A DNA stretch of 32,000 nt from contig NZ_CP034549.1 in NCBI RefSeq assembly GCF_003966335.1, positions 30,001 to 62,000 on the forward strand. Reading direction: 5' to 3'. The notes under the pieces were generated by a model. It saw only the letters and a program-made list of their open reading frames with translations. It was not told the DNA's origin and made no database searches. The stretch is from Nonlabens ponticola (GTDB lineage: Bacteria > Bacteroidota > Bacteroidia > Flavobacteriales > Flavobacteriaceae). Positions 8,328 through 17,593 of the stretch are shown here, piece by piece (the stretch's first letter is position 1; each line of letters opens with the position of its first letter). Both the position numbers and the translations under genes were made by a program.

Positions 8328-9700
8328 AGGCTTACGTTTAAAAACTGCCCAGTGAGCTGCAACAATTGATATTCCGCTAATTTGGCGTCATATTTAGCCA
8401 GGGTTTTTGTGGTCTGCGCATTTATGAGATTGAGTTGCGCCTGCCTGAATTCAATAGAAGTTGCCTGACCCAATTTAAATCGTTCTTGCGTACGATTAAA
8501 GTTATCTGTGTTGGTCACTAGATTTTGCTCCTGCATTTCAAAAATTCTCAAAGCATTTGCATAATTACCTCGAGCGTTGAGTACATCTCTTGTCACCTCA
8601 TCGATGGTTTGCTTTTTAAGCAATTGCTCATTATCTAGATTTATCATCGCGTTGCGTATACTGTTGATAGATCTACCGCCGTCAAAAATATCCCATGTCA
8701 GATTTGCGCCTACAGCTAGGGTTTTGCTAGTGTTAGTAGTTGTAGCATCAGGAAAGAATGCACTACCAGGATTTTCCCTACGGTTCCAACCATAGGAACC
8801 TGTCAATCCTATACGCGGCAGCAATAACGAGCGAGCCACCTTAATGTCATAATCGCTTATGGTAACATTCTGTTCTGCTTGTAAGAGTCGTACATTATTC
8901 TCTTGTGCCTGTTCCACAAAGGAATCGATTACCAATAGATTTTGTAGTGTCACCGTGGTATCGACTGTAAATTGTTGATTGAAATCGCGATTGAGCAATA
9001 AGTTCAAATCGCGTTTTGTATTGCGCAGCTGTTGTCTAGTATTGAGAATATTGATACTATCTGTATTAATATCTACGCGTGCATTAAGTACCTCTAGTTT
9101 GTTTACCTGTCCATATTCAAATTGATACTGTGCCCTTGTCTCGCGCTGTTTATTAATCTCAAGACTTTGCTCAAAAGTTGCAAGGTTTTCCTTTAAACGC
9201 GCTATTTGCAAATACACGCTCATCAATTGCACACCTGTGGTTTCAATGGTAGAACGCACTTGCAGTTGACTCAATTCATACTGCTCTTGTAAAATTTTGA
9301 AATTGTAGTATCGGCCCAATCCATCAAATAATAGATAATTTGCATTGATAGCCGCACTGTAACTTCTCGTTTCTGCATCATTTTGTACAAAAGGTTCTCG
9401 TGGCTCGCCTTGTTGATTCTCTGCACCACCAAAATCGGTTCTGTTATCACTCAATTGATATTCTGCATTTGCGGTGCCCTGTAAGGTTGGTAGGTATCCA
9501 GAGTTGAGAAGCCCTGCATTATTATCGGCGATCTCGACTTGATTGCGTGCCACGATGATCCCGTAATTATTTTGCAACATGCTATCTAGAGCCATCTGCC
9601 GTGTGAGCAGTGGTACGTTGGATTGTTGGGATTCCGCTTTCGCGAAAGCAAAAACCAAGACCAGCAACTTTACATATAACAAGCTTTTATTCTTCTTCAT
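8324..9700 (-). CDS. TolC-family outer-membrane efflux protein (OMF) of the RND system, 458 aa
   Basis: This is the track ORF 8324..9940, trimmed to Met81 (ATG 9700), which gives a signal peptide MKKNKSLLYVKLLVLVFAFAKAESQQ. The upstream part overlaps the RND permease gene. The protein is long, coiled-coil-rich and Q/N/L-rich, as is typical of OEP family proteins, and it is last but one in the efflux operon. Confidence 0.8.
   Translation of the reverse strand: MKKNKSLLYVKLLVLVFAFAKAESQQSNVPLLTRQMALDSMLQNNYGIIVARNQVEIADNNAGLLNSGYLPTLQGTANAEYQLSDNRTDFGGAENQQGEPREPFVQNDAETRSYSAAINANYLLFDGLGRYYNFKILQEQYELSQLQVRSTIETTGVQLMSVYLQIARLKENLATFEQSLEINKQRETRAQYQFEYGQVNKLEVLNARVDINTDSINILNTRQQLRNTKRDLNLLLNRDFNQQFTVDTTVTLQNLLVIDSFVEQAQENNVRLLQAEQNVTISDYDIKVARSLLLPRIGLTGSYGWNRRENPGSAFFPDATTTNTSKTLAVGANLTWDIFDGGRSINSIRNAMINLDNEQLLKKQTIDEVTRDVLNARGNYANALRIFEMQEQNLVTNTDNFNRTQERFKLGQATSIEFRQAQLNLINAQTTKTLAKYDAKLAEYQLLQLTGQFLNVSL
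9636..9649. repeat. 14-nt palindrome GCTTTCGCGAAAGC inside the OMF signal-peptide coding region
   Basis: It is a perfect palindrome and is read on the minus strand as A-F-A-K-A (in VFAFAKAESQ). Confidence 0.9.
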
Positions 9701-12700
9701 ATTCCGTATCGTTATGCTTTTCTTGATAGGCCGTGGTAACTTTTCTCTTATCGGGTTTCTCGCCTGTCCAAAGCCACGTGAGCCATACCTGAGCATTGTT
9801 ACCAAAGGACAAAAAGAGCGGCAACAACAATAATGTAAGTAGCGTTGCCAAGCCAATACCGTAGGATATCGATATCGCCATAGGTTTGAGAAATTGTGCC
9901 TGCCTGCTTGTTTCCAACAACAGCGGCGCCAGACCTGCAATAGTTGTAAGTGAGGTCAGGAAAATAGCCCTAAACCTGCTCTTACCAGCTTCATATAGCG
10001 CCTCGTCAAACTCAAGACCGCTTTTAAGCAAGGTGTTGAACTTGCCTATAAGCACAAGACCGTCATTGACCATGATACCAATAAGGGCAATGATACCCAG
10101 CATCGACAATATATTTACCGGGAAACCGTGAATCCAATGTCCCCAACCTACTGCAATCAAACTAAATGGAATGAGCAAGATCAACATGATAGGCTGCGTA
10201 GCACTGCGAAAGGTAAACGCGATCACAAAGTAAATGAGTACCAGCACCATCGGGAAAACAACCGATGCGCTCTCGCTGATCTTGTTTGCCTCACGTGCCT
10301 GTCCCGATAAATAATTGGGCGATATTGTCGGGTACTTTTTTTGTAATTCTGGAACTATATTCTCTCGAATATTTGTCAAGATATCTGTCGTGCTTTGATT
10401 AGGGTCTACAAGATCTGCGGTTACCTGAATCTCTCGACGACCTTCTAGGTGGTTAATGACTACCTCACCACGTTCAATCTGATAATCTGCAATATCACGT
10501 AATGGTACCAGCGATCCATCTGGCGTGGTGATGCGCAATTCATCAAGATCTTTGATACTATTCCTGTTATCGCGATCGTATCGTACCCAGACACGTATCT
10601 CGTCTTGACCACGCTGGAAACGTTGTGCCTCACGCCCAAAAAATGCCGCTCTCACCTGACTCATGACCTGTTGCAGGTTGAGACCCAACGCATAGGCGTT
10701 CTCTTTGAGCTCCAGCTTTATTTCTTTAATACCTGCTGGATCATTATCTGTAATATCCTTGAGTAATGGATTTGATTGGAGCTCAGCTTTAAATTCTGCT
10801 GTAGCGGCTTTGAGCTCATCGATATTGTTACTTAACAAGGAAACTGCCACTGGACTACCACCAAAGTTACCACCAGAACCAAATATTAAACGCTCTGCAC
10901 TAGGTATATCACCTACCAGCTCTCGCAATCTATTGGAAACGATACTGGATTTGAGGGATTGCGGCCGTTCCTCACCGGGCAGTAAATTGATGGATAGGTT
11001 TGCCGACGATGACGAGGTTTGAGAGGTAATGATATTCTCGAAAAGCTTTACAGAATCTGGATAATCTTGTAGGTACTCCTTAGTGAGTTCTTGATTGACG
11101 ATTTTGGCCTTGCTTTCTATGTGAGTAATGATAGAATCGGTAATCCTTTCTGATGTGCCGTTAGGCATTTCTAATGTTACAGAAACCCGATCGCTCGAGA
11201 TTTGTGGGAACAGCGTCACACCTATGATCCCACCATTGATGGAGCCTAGTGTGAGAATGAAGGCTACCAAAAAAAACGAAAACACCAACACCTTAAAATC
11301 AATGGTAAATTTGAGCGCTGGCGCGTAAACGTTATCACGCATCCAGTTCATAGCGCGGTCGCCATACTCGTTGACCGATCGCATTTTGGCAAACAACTTA
11401 CCTATACCTTTTTTAGGTTTTTCAGATCTATCCTCTTGATGTTTTAGCGCTTTAGAATGCGCCAAGTGTGCTGGTAAAATGATTAGTGCCTCGACCAAAG
11501 AGACTACCAATGTCAAAATAACTATAACGCTTACCTCGCTAAAAAACTCGCCTATACGACCATCCAGAAATAAGAACGTCGAAAATGCCAATATGGTGGT
11601 GATAATAGCAGACATGATAGGCGGAATCACTTCCATCGTTCCTTCTACCGCAGCGTCTATAGGTGATTTGCCATCCTCATAATGCTGGTAGATATTTTCT
11701 GCAATCACGATACCATCATCTACCAGTATACCTATCACGATGATCATACCGAATAACGATAGTACATTGATCGTCACATCAAACTGTCCCGCAAAAATGA
11801 ACATTCCCAAAAACGCAATGGGCAAACCGAATGCTACCCAAAATGCCAATCTAGTATTTAAAAACACCGATAGGAAAACCAATACTAATAACATACCGAT
11901 AATCGCATTTTCAGTAAGTAATGCGGTACGTTGGTTCAATACTTTGGATTGATCGCTAACAACATTAAGCTGCACGTTGCTGTATCTCTTATTGAAGTTC
12001 TCGATGTACTCCTTAGTCTTATCTGCGCTATCAATGAGATCTTCGGCATTTGTGCTGGTGATGGTGAGCGTTACTGCAACTTCATCATTATACTCTGTAC
12101 TATTGGGAGTTTCAGAAAATCGATCTCTGACAATAGCAACATCCTTGAGCAATATTTGAGTCCCATCTGCTCTGGTCCTTACAGGCGTGTAATTAAGTTC
12201 ATCACCGTAGTAGGATCTACCATTAGCACGTATCAAATATTCTTCAACATCAGTCTTGATGTTACCACCTGTGACCAGAATATTGGAATTACTCACGGCT
12301 GCGGCAACCTCTGTAAAAGTGACATTGTAAGCGAGCAGGCTATTTTCATTAACGGCGATCTCAATCTCTTCTTCAGGAAAACCTGAAATGGTGATTTGCG
12401 AAATTCCTTCAATACCTCGCAAATCGTTCTCAATATCTCTAGAGATATCCTTAAGTGTCTTGAGCGGTACGTTAGAACCACTTAATGCAAAGGTGATAGT
12501 AGGCCTGCTCTCTTCCTGCTTTGCTACCACCAGCGGTTCCATACCTATCGGGAACGATGGTACGCGATCCACTGCATTCTTGACCTCTAGCAGCATGAAG
12601 TCAATGTCGTAGCCTTTGATAATCTCAACGGTAATTGTACCGCTATTTTCTCGCGATGCAGATGTCACGCGGTCAATTCCTTCTATTCCCTCGAGGTTAT

Positions 12701-12908
12701 CCTCAATCTTGAGAACAACGCCTTCTTCAATCTCTTGTGGTGATGCTCCTGGATAAATTACATTAATTAGAATGACCTTAGAGTCAACCAATGGGAAAAA
12801 TGAAGACTTAAGTGACAAAGCGCCGACGATCCCAAAAATGATAAATGCAAAAATCACGATGTTCACCGCGATGCTGTGCTTTATAAAGTATGCTATGACA
12901 TTTCTCAT
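9687..12908 (-). CDS. RND efflux transporter permease (AcrB/CzcA superfamily), 1073 aa
   Basis: The length, the N-terminal TM helix followed by a large periplasmic loop, and the repeated clusters of hydrophobic helices match RND permeases. Typical segments include FGLPIAFLGMFIF, GIVIAENI, and ALIGIMVNDGLVLI. Its end overlaps the OMF start by 14 nt. Confidence 0.9.
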   Translation of the reverse strand: MRNVIAYFIKHSIAVNIVIFAFIIFGIVGALSLKSSFFPLVDSKVILINVIYPGASPQEIEEGVVLKIEDNLEGIEGIDRVTSASRENSGTITVEIIKGYDIDFMLLEVKNAVDRVPSFPIGMEPLVVAKQEESRPTITFALSGSNVPLKTLKDISRDIENDLRGIEGISQITISGFPEEEIEIAVNENSLLAYNVTFTEVAAAVSNSNILVTGGNIKTDVEEYLIRANGRSYYGDELNYTPVRTRADGTQILLKDVAIVRDRFSETPNSTEYNDEVAVTLTITSTNAEDLIDSADKTKEYIENFNKRYSNVQLNVVSDQSKVLNQRTALLTENAIIGMLLVLVFLSVFLNTRLAFWVAFGLPIAFLGMFIFAGQFDVTINVLSLFGMIIVIGILVDDGIVIAENIYQHYEDGKSPIDAAVEGTMEVIPPIMSAIITTILAFSTFLFLDGRIGEFFSEVSVIVILTLVVSLVEALIILPAHLAHSKALKHQEDRSEKPKKGIGKLFAKMRSVNEYGDRAMNWMRDNVYAPALKFTIDFKVLVFSFFLVAFILTLGSINGGIIGVTLFPQISSDRVSVTLEMPNGTSERITDSIITHIESKAKIVNQELTKEYLQDYPDSVKLFENIITSQTSSSSANLSINLLPGEERPQSLKSSIVSNRLRELVGDIPSAERLIFGSGGNFGGSPVAVSLLSNNIDELKAATAEFKAELQSNPLLKDITDNDPAGIKEIKLELKENAYALGLNLQQVMSQVRAAFFGREAQRFQRGQDEIRVWVRYDRDNRNSIKDLDELRITTPDGSLVPLRDIADYQIERGEVVINHLEGRREIQVTADLVDPNQSTTDILTNIRENIVPELQKKYPTISPNYLSGQAREANKISESASVVFPMVLVLIYFVIAFTFRSATQPIMLILLIPFSLIAVGWGHWIHGFPVNILSMLGIIALIGIMVNDGLVLIGKFNTLLKSGLEFDEALYEAGKSRFRAIFLTSLTTIAGLAPLLLETSRQAQFLKPMAISISYGIGLATLLTLLLLPLFLSFGNNAQVWLTWLWTGEKPDKRKVTTAYQEKHNDTEYEEE

Positions 12909-14062
12909 GATTCTCTCGCCTGTGCTATGGAATCCTGAGTCTTCTTCCTGGTGGCCTGTTCCTGCGTCTGAACTTTCATGTCCTGGTAAGCGCCTGACAA
13001 TACTTTATTAATAATCACCGTGTTGTCATCTAGTCCTTTAATCACAACCGTTTCATCCGTATAAAAAACTGGATCGATCTTGACTAGATCCAACCTGCCA
13101 TCTACTACCGTAAATATTGAATTGCCTTGCTGCAGTAAACTACGATCTAGCTCTACCGCATTCTCAATTTGTTGTACGTTTAACCTAGCCTTGACATACA
13201 TACCTTGTTTCAGGTCTGGATGACTTACCTCGATTACCGTTGTAATGGTTTGTGATGATGGATCAATTTTGGCATTGACTCTAGTTACTTTACCTACATA
13301 GGTTTGCGTACCGCTTGTATTCTCTAGCATTACAGTCTCACCTACCTGCAGGAGATCTGCAAACTCACCGCTTATCGCTACCTGCAATTCATAAGTTCCT
13401 GTAGCGATAAATTCACCCAACTGCTGGCCGTTGCGCACTAGCGTACCTTCAGTCACCATGGCCTCTGTAAGTACACCCGTGAAAGGCGCTGTCATTACAA
13501 ACTTGCCCAATCGCCTCTCTAGGTTTTTGATATTGTAATAAGTGGCATTGATACCGCTGTTGGTAATAAAATATTTCTCACGATCATTAACTGGTTGCGG
13601 TAATGCTGGTGTTGAGTTATTGAGATTCCAATTATCAAGATATGATTGCCATTGCGAGAATGACTCTGGATAATCCAATCGCAAATCTGCCATGATTGCG
13701 GCGATCTGATTATACAAGGATGTGCGCGAACTTTGCACCTGTGCATAGAACTCCGTATTGTCAATACGTATCATGGCCTCACCAGCGCTATAAGCTTGAC
13801 CTGTTCTAAAAAGCTTATTGACCGGCCTAAAAACGCCAGTCACTTCAGAGAATAGCTCAACTCTGCGCTTTGCAGTCAAATTACCATTTGCCGGGATAAT
13901 GATGGGCACCGTTGAATTTTGTACCGTATCGGTCTCAACAATTTTGATCTCTTCCTTGACTTTTGATTGGGGCTTTTCCTTGCTTTCAACGATAAAATAT
14001 GCGGCTGCTACGGCGGCAATAACGAGAACAACGCCTACAATGGATAGTACAGTCTTGCGCAT
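12905..14062 (-). CDS. RND efflux periplasmic adaptor (membrane-fusion protein, HlyD family), 385 aa
   Basis: It has an N-terminal membrane anchor (MRKTVLSIVGVVLVIAAVAAAYFIV). It has lipoyl and beta-barrel type segments, such as PFTGVLTEAMVTEGTLVRNGQQLGEF. An ATGA overlap with the permease gene lies at 12905-12908. Confidence 0.85.
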   Translation of the reverse strand: MRKTVLSIVGVVLVIAAVAAAYFIVESKEKPQSKVKEEIKIVETDTVQNSTVPIIIPANGNLTAKRRVELFSEVTGVFRPVNKLFRTGQAYSAGEAMIRIDNTEFYAQVQSSRTSLYNQIAAIMADLRLDYPESFSQWQSYLDNWNLNNSTPALPQPVNDREKYFITNSGINATYYNIKNLERRLGKFVMTAPFTGVLTEAMVTEGTLVRNGQQLGEFIATGTYELQVAISGEFADLLQVGETVMLENTSGTQTYVGKVTRVNAKIDPSSQTITTVIEVSHPDLKQGMYVKARLNVQQIENAVELDRSLLQQGNSIFTVVDGRLDLVKIDPVFYTDETVVIKGLDDNTVIINKVLSGAYQDMKVQTQEQATRKKTQDSIAQARES

Positions 14063-14094
14063 GTAAGTAATTAAATTAGTGGCTGGTATACTTA

Positions 14095-14102
14095 CAAAGC
14101 TA
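14095..14102 (-). promoter_or_regulatory. Candidate Bacteroidota -7 box (TAGCTTTG) for the efflux operon
   Basis: The reverse complement of caaagcta matches TAnnTTTG perfectly, 32 nt upstream of the adaptor ATG. I found no good -33 TTTG. Confidence 0.3.
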
Positions 14103-14154
14103 GGCTAGGATTGAACGCGCTGTCTTAAAGAATTCTTAAAGCTATGCTCGCTGG

Positions 14155-16086
14155 CTATTGGTTTATGGCGTCCAGCTCCTCGCTTATCGCTTCCCATTTT
14201 GACATCCACACGTCAAGCTCTTTTTTCTTCTTGTTATACTGATCAAAAAATAGTGGATTGGCACTCACTGCATCATAATCTGCAGCTAGCTCGGCGTCCT
14301 TTTTCTCTAGGTGACGCTCCAGTTTATTGATTTCAGATTCTGCATTTGACAAGCGATTGTTGAGCGATTTGAGCTTTTTCTGGTCTTCATAGGATGGTTT
14401 GCTGTCGTTGCTATTTTGCTTTCGCGAAAGCTTGCTCCCATCATCCTTACTGCTCTTTTCTATCTCTCTCATGTCACGAGCCTTGCGTTGCTCTAGGTAA
14501 AAATCTATATCACCCAAAAACTGAAATAACTGATGATCTCTAAATTCATGAACCACATCTGTCAAGCCCTGAAGGAACTCACGATCGTGTGATACCACGA
14601 TGAGCGTACCATCAAATTTGATGAGCGCTTGTTTCAATACATTCTTTGATTGAATGTCCAGGTGGTTGGTAGGCTCATCCATGATTAAGACGTTAAATGG
14701 CTGCAACAACAGTTTACAAAGCGCCAATCGATTGCGCTCACCACCGCTCAATACCTTAACCTTTTTCTCTACTTCATCACCTCTAAACAGGAACGAACCC
14801 AACATATCGCGTACCTTGATCCTATTGGTATCATCGGCGGCATCCAGCATGGTGTCGAGTATGGTTTTCTCGCCGTCTAGATATTCTGCCTGATTTTGTG
14901 CAAAGTATCCCAGCTGGACATTGTGACCTAGGTTCACATTTCCCTTCTCATTCTTGACATCGCCTACAATGATTTTGGCAAGGGTTGATTTTCCCATACC
15001 ATTTTGACCTACAAAGGCAACGCGGCTGCCTCGCTCAATCATGAGGTTAACACCGCGCAGTACGTTTTTATCTGCATAGGATTTGTGGACGTCTTCAATC
15101 TCCAGAACAACCTTTCCTGGCTGTACAGACTTGGTAAAGTTGATATTCATGGCTGCATTATCAACCTGATCAACCTCTACCACATCCATTCGGTTCAATT
15201 TCTTGACCAGTGATTGCGCCATGGTGGCTTTGCTGGCTTTGGCCTTGAACTTTTCTATTAGCTTTTCTGTTCGCTCAATTTCTTTTTGTTGATTCTTGGC
15301 GGTTGCAGCCTGTTGCTCGCGCATCTCAGCACGCAATTCTAGAAACTTCGTATAGGGTTTAGGGTAATCATAGATGCGTCCCAGACTTATCTCGATCGTT
15401 CTATTAGTAACATTATCAAGGAACATCTTATCGTGACTTACAATCACCACAGCGCCTGGATACGATTGTAAAAATTGCTCCAGCCAAAGTATGGAATCAA
15501 TGTCAAGGTGATTGGTAGGCTCATCCAACAGTAGGATGTCATGTTTTTCTAGTAGAAGTTTTGCTAGTTCAATCCTCATGCGCCAGCCGCCAGAAAGCTC
15601 ATCAGTCAACTTATCAAACTGCTCTGGTTTAAAAGCTAGACCTTTTAAAATTTTCTCCGTTTCACCTTTGTATAGGTAACCGCCTATAATTTCATATTCA
15701 TGCGTGATGTCTCCTATATCTTGGATAAGCTGCATGTAGCTATCACTCTCGTAATCTGTTCGTGTAGCTAATTGATGATTGATCTCTTCCATTTGGGTTT
15801 CTAGGGATCTCGCTTTCGCGAAAGCGGTATACGCCTCTTCTAGAACTGTGCGTCCTTGTTCAAAATCTATGTCCTGACGCAGGAAACCAATGCTTACCTC
15901 TTTTTCAATAGCCAGCGAACCTTGATCTGCCGGTATATCACCAGCGATGACCTTGAGCATGGTGGATTTACCAGCGCCGTTTTTACCTATCAAACCCACG
16001 CGATTACCTGCGTTAAGTCTGAAGGTTATTTCTTCAAAAAGTGGCTCGCCGCCAAAGCTGACGTGCAAATCATGAATATTGAGCAT
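14155..16086 (-). CDS. ABC-F family ATPase (soluble, two ABC domains, Uup/YheS-like), 643 aa
   Basis: Two Walker A motifs (GKNGAGKST, GQNGMGKST), two signature motifs (LSGGWRMR, LSGGERNR) and two Walker B motifs (LLLDEPTNHLD, LIMDEPTNHLD) are present. There is a charged inter-domain linker, no TM segments, and a C-terminal coiled-coil extension. Confidence 0.9.
   Translation of the reverse strand: MLNIHDLHVSFGGEPLFEEITFRLNAGNRVGLIGKNGAGKSTMLKVIAGDIPADQGSLAIEKEVSIGFLRQDIDFEQGRTVLEEAYTAFAKARSLETQMEEINHQLATRTDYESDSYMQLIQDIGDITHEYEIIGGYLYKGETEKILKGLAFKPEQFDKLTDELSGGWRMRIELAKLLLEKHDILLLDEPTNHLDIDSILWLEQFLQSYPGAVVIVSHDKMFLDNVTNRTIEISLGRIYDYPKPYTKFLELRAEMREQQAATAKNQQKEIERTEKLIEKFKAKASKATMAQSLVKKLNRMDVVEVDQVDNAAMNINFTKSVQPGKVVLEIEDVHKSYADKNVLRGVNLMIERGSRVAFVGQNGMGKSTLAKIIVGDVKNEKGNVNLGHNVQLGYFAQNQAEYLDGEKTILDTMLDAADDTNRIKVRDMLGSFLFRGDEVEKKVKVLSGGERNRLALCKLLLQPFNVLIMDEPTNHLDIQSKNVLKQALIKFDGTLIVVSHDREFLQGLTDVVHEFRDHQLFQFLGDIDFYLEQRKARDMREIEKSSKDDGSKLSRKQNSNDSKPSYEDQKKLKSLNNRLSNAESEINKLERHLEKKDAELAADYDAVSANPLFFDQYNKKKKELDVWMSKWEAISEELDAINQ
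14418..14431. repeat. 14-nt palindrome GCTTTCGCGAAAGC inside the ABC-F gene
   Basis: It is a perfect palindrome and is read on the minus strand as L-S-R-K (in GSKLSRKQNS). Confidence 0.9.
15811..15826. repeat. 16-nt palindrome CGCTTTCGCGAAAGCG inside the ABC-F gene
   Basis: It is a perfect palindrome and is read on the minus strand as A-F-A-K-A (in YTAFAKARSLE). It shares the flank GAAAGCGGTAT with the copy at 26326. Confidence 0.9.
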
Positions 16087-16478
16087 AGCGATTTTTGTAA
16101 CCTTGCAAAGATGCGGCTATCGCAGTTAACTCTAAAATTTAAACATGCCAAAAGGCGTCAAATTATAAAGCATTATGAAGTAATTATGTCCTGTGTGCCG
16201 TCAGGAATCGCTAAATGCGAATACACATTATTTCAACTACCGTTTGACGGAAAAAAGCGCGTGCGTCGTTCTAATCTCAACACAAAATACAGGATCAAAT
16301 CGTGCCTTTTCCATAGATCTATGTTTCTCATCTCTTACTTCTTCACTGACTTGGATCGATAGTCAACATTCTTTAATGTCGTTACTGGGCTCACCGTTAT
16401 GAAACCTGCAAGAATACGCTCGTAGCATAATTTATGGATGTATGTAGTCCGTTACCAATGAGCTAAAGATGCAAGTAA

Positions 16479-17516
16479 TTAATTATTGAATCTTGCTATA
16501 TCCATTTCTAATGGTAGCGATTCATGATTATAAATATGATTGAACAGTAATTGCGCTGCCCAAGGTGCGACAAGGGAAGCCCTGCTTCCCATCCCGTTGA
16601 ATACATAAGATTGCTGCTGTTGCAACGAACCTAAAAAAGGTCTTCTATCAACAGTAGTAGGTCGTATACCTGTTTTATGCTCCACAACTTCATACGGTAA
16701 TTTTAAGAATTGTTGCAGCCTAGCTTCCAGCCATTCTCTAGCGTGAGTGGTAGTTTGCTTACTTAAATCATCTCGATCATAAGTCGCACCTACCCAAAAC
16801 AGGTCATCAGTGTACGGCATTAAAAATACAGAGGACTTGATGATACTATCCAGCTTTAAACCTGTACAACGAATTAACAGCAACTCGCCTTTGTTGCCTT
16901 GCATAGGTAACTGCGAAGTCTCTGGATTGTTGATAGCAGCATAACCTTGAGCCCAAATAATGCTATGTGCTACTGCACCATTGTAGCTGACTGAATTTAC
17001 ATCGTATTGTAATTTACCAGGCATCAGTTCCTCTAGCCTAACCTTTTGGTGCTCCGTAAAAAACAGTAAACTTTTTTCAATAAATACATTCACGTCCAGC
17101 CATCCAGATTGTAGCACCTTACCAAATCCATAAGGAGCAAAAACACCAGCCATTTCCCCTGCAAAAACATCATTACTCATAAAAGCATTTAGATCTTCTC
17201 TCTGGGACTTGCGCTTCCAAGTTTTAATTTCAGCTTCATCATGTAATCGTCTCCATATCTCTATGGGATGAGATACTTTAATCCCTAAGAGCTTTTCGAT
17301 TTGTGGGTAAAAAGATTGCAGAACATTGAGTTGATCGGCTGCTTGCCAAACAGGTGAAAATCTTTTGAGAACAACAGGATTATATACGCCTGCGGCTACA
17401 TGGCTGGACCCTTTTTTATCATCAAGATACCAGACAAATTCCTTGCCTTGCAAATACCATGTCCATGCCAGTACACAGCCTGAAATACCACCACCAACAA
17501 TTATTGCATCTTTCAT
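16479..17516 (-). CDS. FAD-dependent oxidoreductase (DAO / glycine-oxidase-like family), 345 aa
   Basis: The N-terminal dinucleotide-binding fold is MKDAIIVGGGISGCVLAW...VWYLDD (GxGxxG plus an acidic residue at the end of beta-2). The size and layout match DAO-family enzymes. Identity as a stand-alone MnmC-type oxidase domain is possible but not demonstrable here. Confidence 0.7.
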   Translation of the reverse strand: MKDAIIVGGGISGCVLAWTWYLQGKEFVWYLDDKKGSSHVAAGVYNPVVLKRFSPVWQAADQLNVLQSFYPQIEKLLGIKVSHPIEIWRRLHDEAEIKTWKRKSQREDLNAFMSNDVFAGEMAGVFAPYGFGKVLQSGWLDVNVFIEKSLLFFTEHQKVRLEELMPGKLQYDVNSVSYNGAVAHSIIWAQGYAAINNPETSQLPMQGNKGELLLIRCTGLKLDSIIKSSVFLMPYTDDLFWVGATYDRDDLSKQTTTHAREWLEARLQQFLKLPYEVVEHKTGIRPTTVDRRPFLGSLQQQQSYVFNGMGSRASLVAPWAAQLLFNHIYNHESLPLEMDIARFNN

Positions 17517-17520
17517 AATT

Positions 17521-17528
17521 CAAAGCTA
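17521..17528 (-). promoter_or_regulatory. Candidate -7 box (TAGCTTTG) only 4 nt upstream of the oxidoreductase ATG
   Basis: The reverse complement of caaagcta matches TAnnTTTG perfectly. It sits immediately downstream of the gldN terminator. Confidence 0.3.
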
Positions 17529-17546
17529 GTTTAAAACTCAGGACAT

Positions 17547-17577
17547 AAAAAAAGCTCTGTTTTCACAGAGCTTTTTT
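17547..17577 (-). terminator. Rho-independent terminator at the end of the gldKLMN operon
   Basis: The sequence is aaaaaaagctctgt-tttc-acagagctttttt, a GC core stem of 7 bp extended by A:T pairs. U tracts are available on both strands. Confidence 0.75.
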
Positions 17578-17593
17578 GAGAAGTTATATGCTA

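Noticed and set aside
9701-9940. An upstream extension of the TolC-like ORF (start at 9940)
   Set aside because: It overlaps the 3' end of the RND permease gene by ~250 nt, and its translation is rich in Cys, Trp and Arg. Met81 gives a clean signal peptide.
9579-13011. Numerous 60-150-aa + strand ORFs inside the RND operon, and similar antisense ORFs inside gldM, gldK, topA, ABC-F, miaB and groEL
   Set aside because: All lie entirely within, and antisense to or out of frame with, long ORFs that carry strong family signatures.
14103-14154. The direct repeat tcttaaag x2 (tcttaaagaattcttaaag) between the ABC-F stop and the efflux-operon promoter region
   Set aside because: It is short, AT-rich and not an inverted repeat. 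It does not stand out from chance in AT-rich spacer DNA.
15856-16402. The + strand ORFs 15856-16362 (168 aa) and 16193-16402 (69 aa)
   Set aside because: The first is largely antisense to the ABC-F N-terminus. Both run through the spacer with an odd composition and no motifs.
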